DNA from: Candidatus Eiseniibacteriota bacterium
Lineage (GTDB): Bacteria > Eisenbacteria > RBG-16-71-46
Assembly (NCBI GenBank): GCA_031364845.1
Contig: JANLWX010000087.1
Location: forward strand, 1-16,461
Direction of reading: 5' to 3'
DNA: 16,461 nucleotides
The notes below the pieces were generated by a model. It was not told the origin of the DNA, did not search any database, and worked only from the letters and a program-made list of their open reading frames with translations. Numbering within the stretch: position 1 is the stretch's first letter; each line of letters opens with the position of its first letter. Both the position numbers and the translations under genes were made by a program. Below are positions 15,303 through 16,461 of this stretch, one piece after another.

Positions 15303-16461
15303 ATGAAGACCCGTCACGTCTCCCGGCCTTACCCGCGCCTCACGCAGCCGCTCGTTCGCGACGGCGGCGAACTGCGCCCCGCGACATGGGACGAAGCGCT
15401 CGATCGCGCCGCGGAAGGCTTCCGCCGCAACATCGAAGCCTTGGGACCCAACGCGGCCGGCATTTTCAGCTGCTCCAAGTCGACCAACGAGGTGAACTTT
15501 CTCGCGCAGAAACTCGCGCGGGTCGCGTTTCGAACCAACAACATCGACAGCTGCAATCGTACCTGACACGCGCCCAGCGTCGTCGGTCTGGCGACGGTCT
15601 TCGGTGCGGGCGGCGGCACCAACTCCTATCAGGAGGTGGAGCAGACCGATGTCGTGTTCCTGTGGGGTTCGAACGCGCGTGAAGCGCATCCGATCTGGTT
15701 TCACCATCTGCTCAAAGGCATCCATCGCGGGGCGCGGCTCTACGTGATGGATCCGCGCCGCACGACTTCCGCGCAGTGGGCCGACGTGTGGCTCGGCCTG
15801 AACGTCGGCAGCGACATCGCGCTTTCGAACACGATGGCGCGCGAGATCATTCACGCCGGGCTCCATCATCGGGCGTTCATCGAACACGCGACGTCGGGGT
15901 TCGACGAGTATCGGGCGTCGGTCGAGAGCTACACGCTGGACGTTGGAGCCGCGATCACCGGTGTCCCCGCCGATGTGATCCGCGGGGCCGCGCACACGTT
16001 CGCGCGCGCCGAGAACGCGATGATCTGTTGGACGCTCGGCATCACCGAGCACCACGACGCCGTCGACAACGTGCTGTCGCTGATCAATCTGGCGCTGCTC
16101 ACCGGACACGTCGGCAAGCACGGCTCGGGCTGCAATCCGCTGCGCGGCCAGAACAACGTGCAGGGCGGCGGTGACATGGGTGCGATCCCGAACCGGCTGC
16201 CCGGCTTCCAGGAGATCCTCGACCCCGGGACGCGCGAGCGCTTCGAGCGTGCGTGGAACGTGCCGATCCAGCCGCGCCACGGATGGAATCTCACCGAGAT
16301 GCTGAACGCGATGGAGCGCCGCGAGCTGACCGCGCTGTACGTGATCGGCGAGAACCCCGCGCAGTCCGACGCCGACACGAATCACGTGGAGGAGCTGCTC
16401 GAAGGTCTCGATCATCTCGTGGTGCAGGAAATCGTGATGACGAAAACCGCGCAGATGGCGG
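15303..16461 (+). CDS. fdhF: Selenocysteine-containing formate dehydrogenase alpha-subunit-like molybdopterin oxidoreductase (3' truncated by the window)
   Basis: ATG 15303 with GGAGG RBS; RLTQPLVR, TWDEALD, NNIDSCNRT-[TGA 15564]-HAPSV, WGSNAREAHP, DPRR, PLRGQNNVQGGGDMG, LYVIGENPAQSD. The frame is open from the TGA to the window end. Confidence 0.93.
15578..15596 (+). promoter_or_regulatory. Bacterial SECIS element
   Basis: Hairpin CGTCGTCG-GTC-TGGCGACG after an 11-nt spacer from the TGA, with apical GGTCTG as in the E. coli fdhF SECIS. Confidence 0.85.

Noticed and set aside
1370..15306. Long plus-strand ORFs (e.g. 10200..12941, 9097..10560, 12148..13710, 13783..15306)
   Set aside because: These are antisense shadows of well-supported minus-strand genes in GC-rich DNA, rich in Arg/Ala/His and without recognisable motifs.
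15153..16415. 420-aa minus-strand ORF
   Set aside because: Antisense to the formate dehydrogenase gene, overlaps the tRNA and its promoter, and has no motifs.
1..16461. Genome-wide reassignment of TAG or TGA
   Set aside because: TGA is the normal stop in 12 genes and is recoded only next to a SECIS. TAG occurs in frame only once.
14410..16461. folE supplying the molybdopterin cofactor of the adjacent FDH
   Set aside because: Molybdenum cofactor is made from GTP by MoaA/MoaC, not FolE, and the genes are divergent with a tRNA between them.
1..16461. CRISPR arrays, transposases, integrases or phage genes
   Set aside because: No spaced direct repeats or mobile-element protein motifs were seen.

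Overview
GC-rich bacterial window, almost all coding on the minus strand. From the right: (i) a 3'-truncated, plus-strand selenocysteine formate dehydrogenase-family catalytic subunit (in-frame TGA at 15564-15566 plus a SECIS-like hairpin) that lacks the usual N-terminal [4Fe-4S] domain; (ii) a divergently transcribed tRNA-Gly(GCC) with a clear sigma70 promoter; (iii) a three-gene overlapping cassette: divergent GTP cyclohydrolase I (folE-like), a GT2 glycosyltransferase and a thioredoxin reductase-like flavoprotein without CxxC; (iv) a nine-gene, translationally coupled surface-polysaccharide operon: SLBB/OPX exporter, Wzz-like co-polymerase, degenerate Wzy/WaaL-like protein, GT2, secreted GH42-like Cys-rich protein, GT4, WecA, GT4, Wzy/WaaL; (v) a secreted S1/P1-nuclease-like protein with eroded zinc ligands and a C-terminal FlgD-Ig/T9SS-like tail, whose frame continues through a single TAG. 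The most promising candidates for something new are the folE-GT2-TrxB-like cassette, the TAG-interrupted pseudo-nuclease, and the two atypical genes inside the polysaccharide operon. All family calls come from motif recognition by eye; no searches were run.
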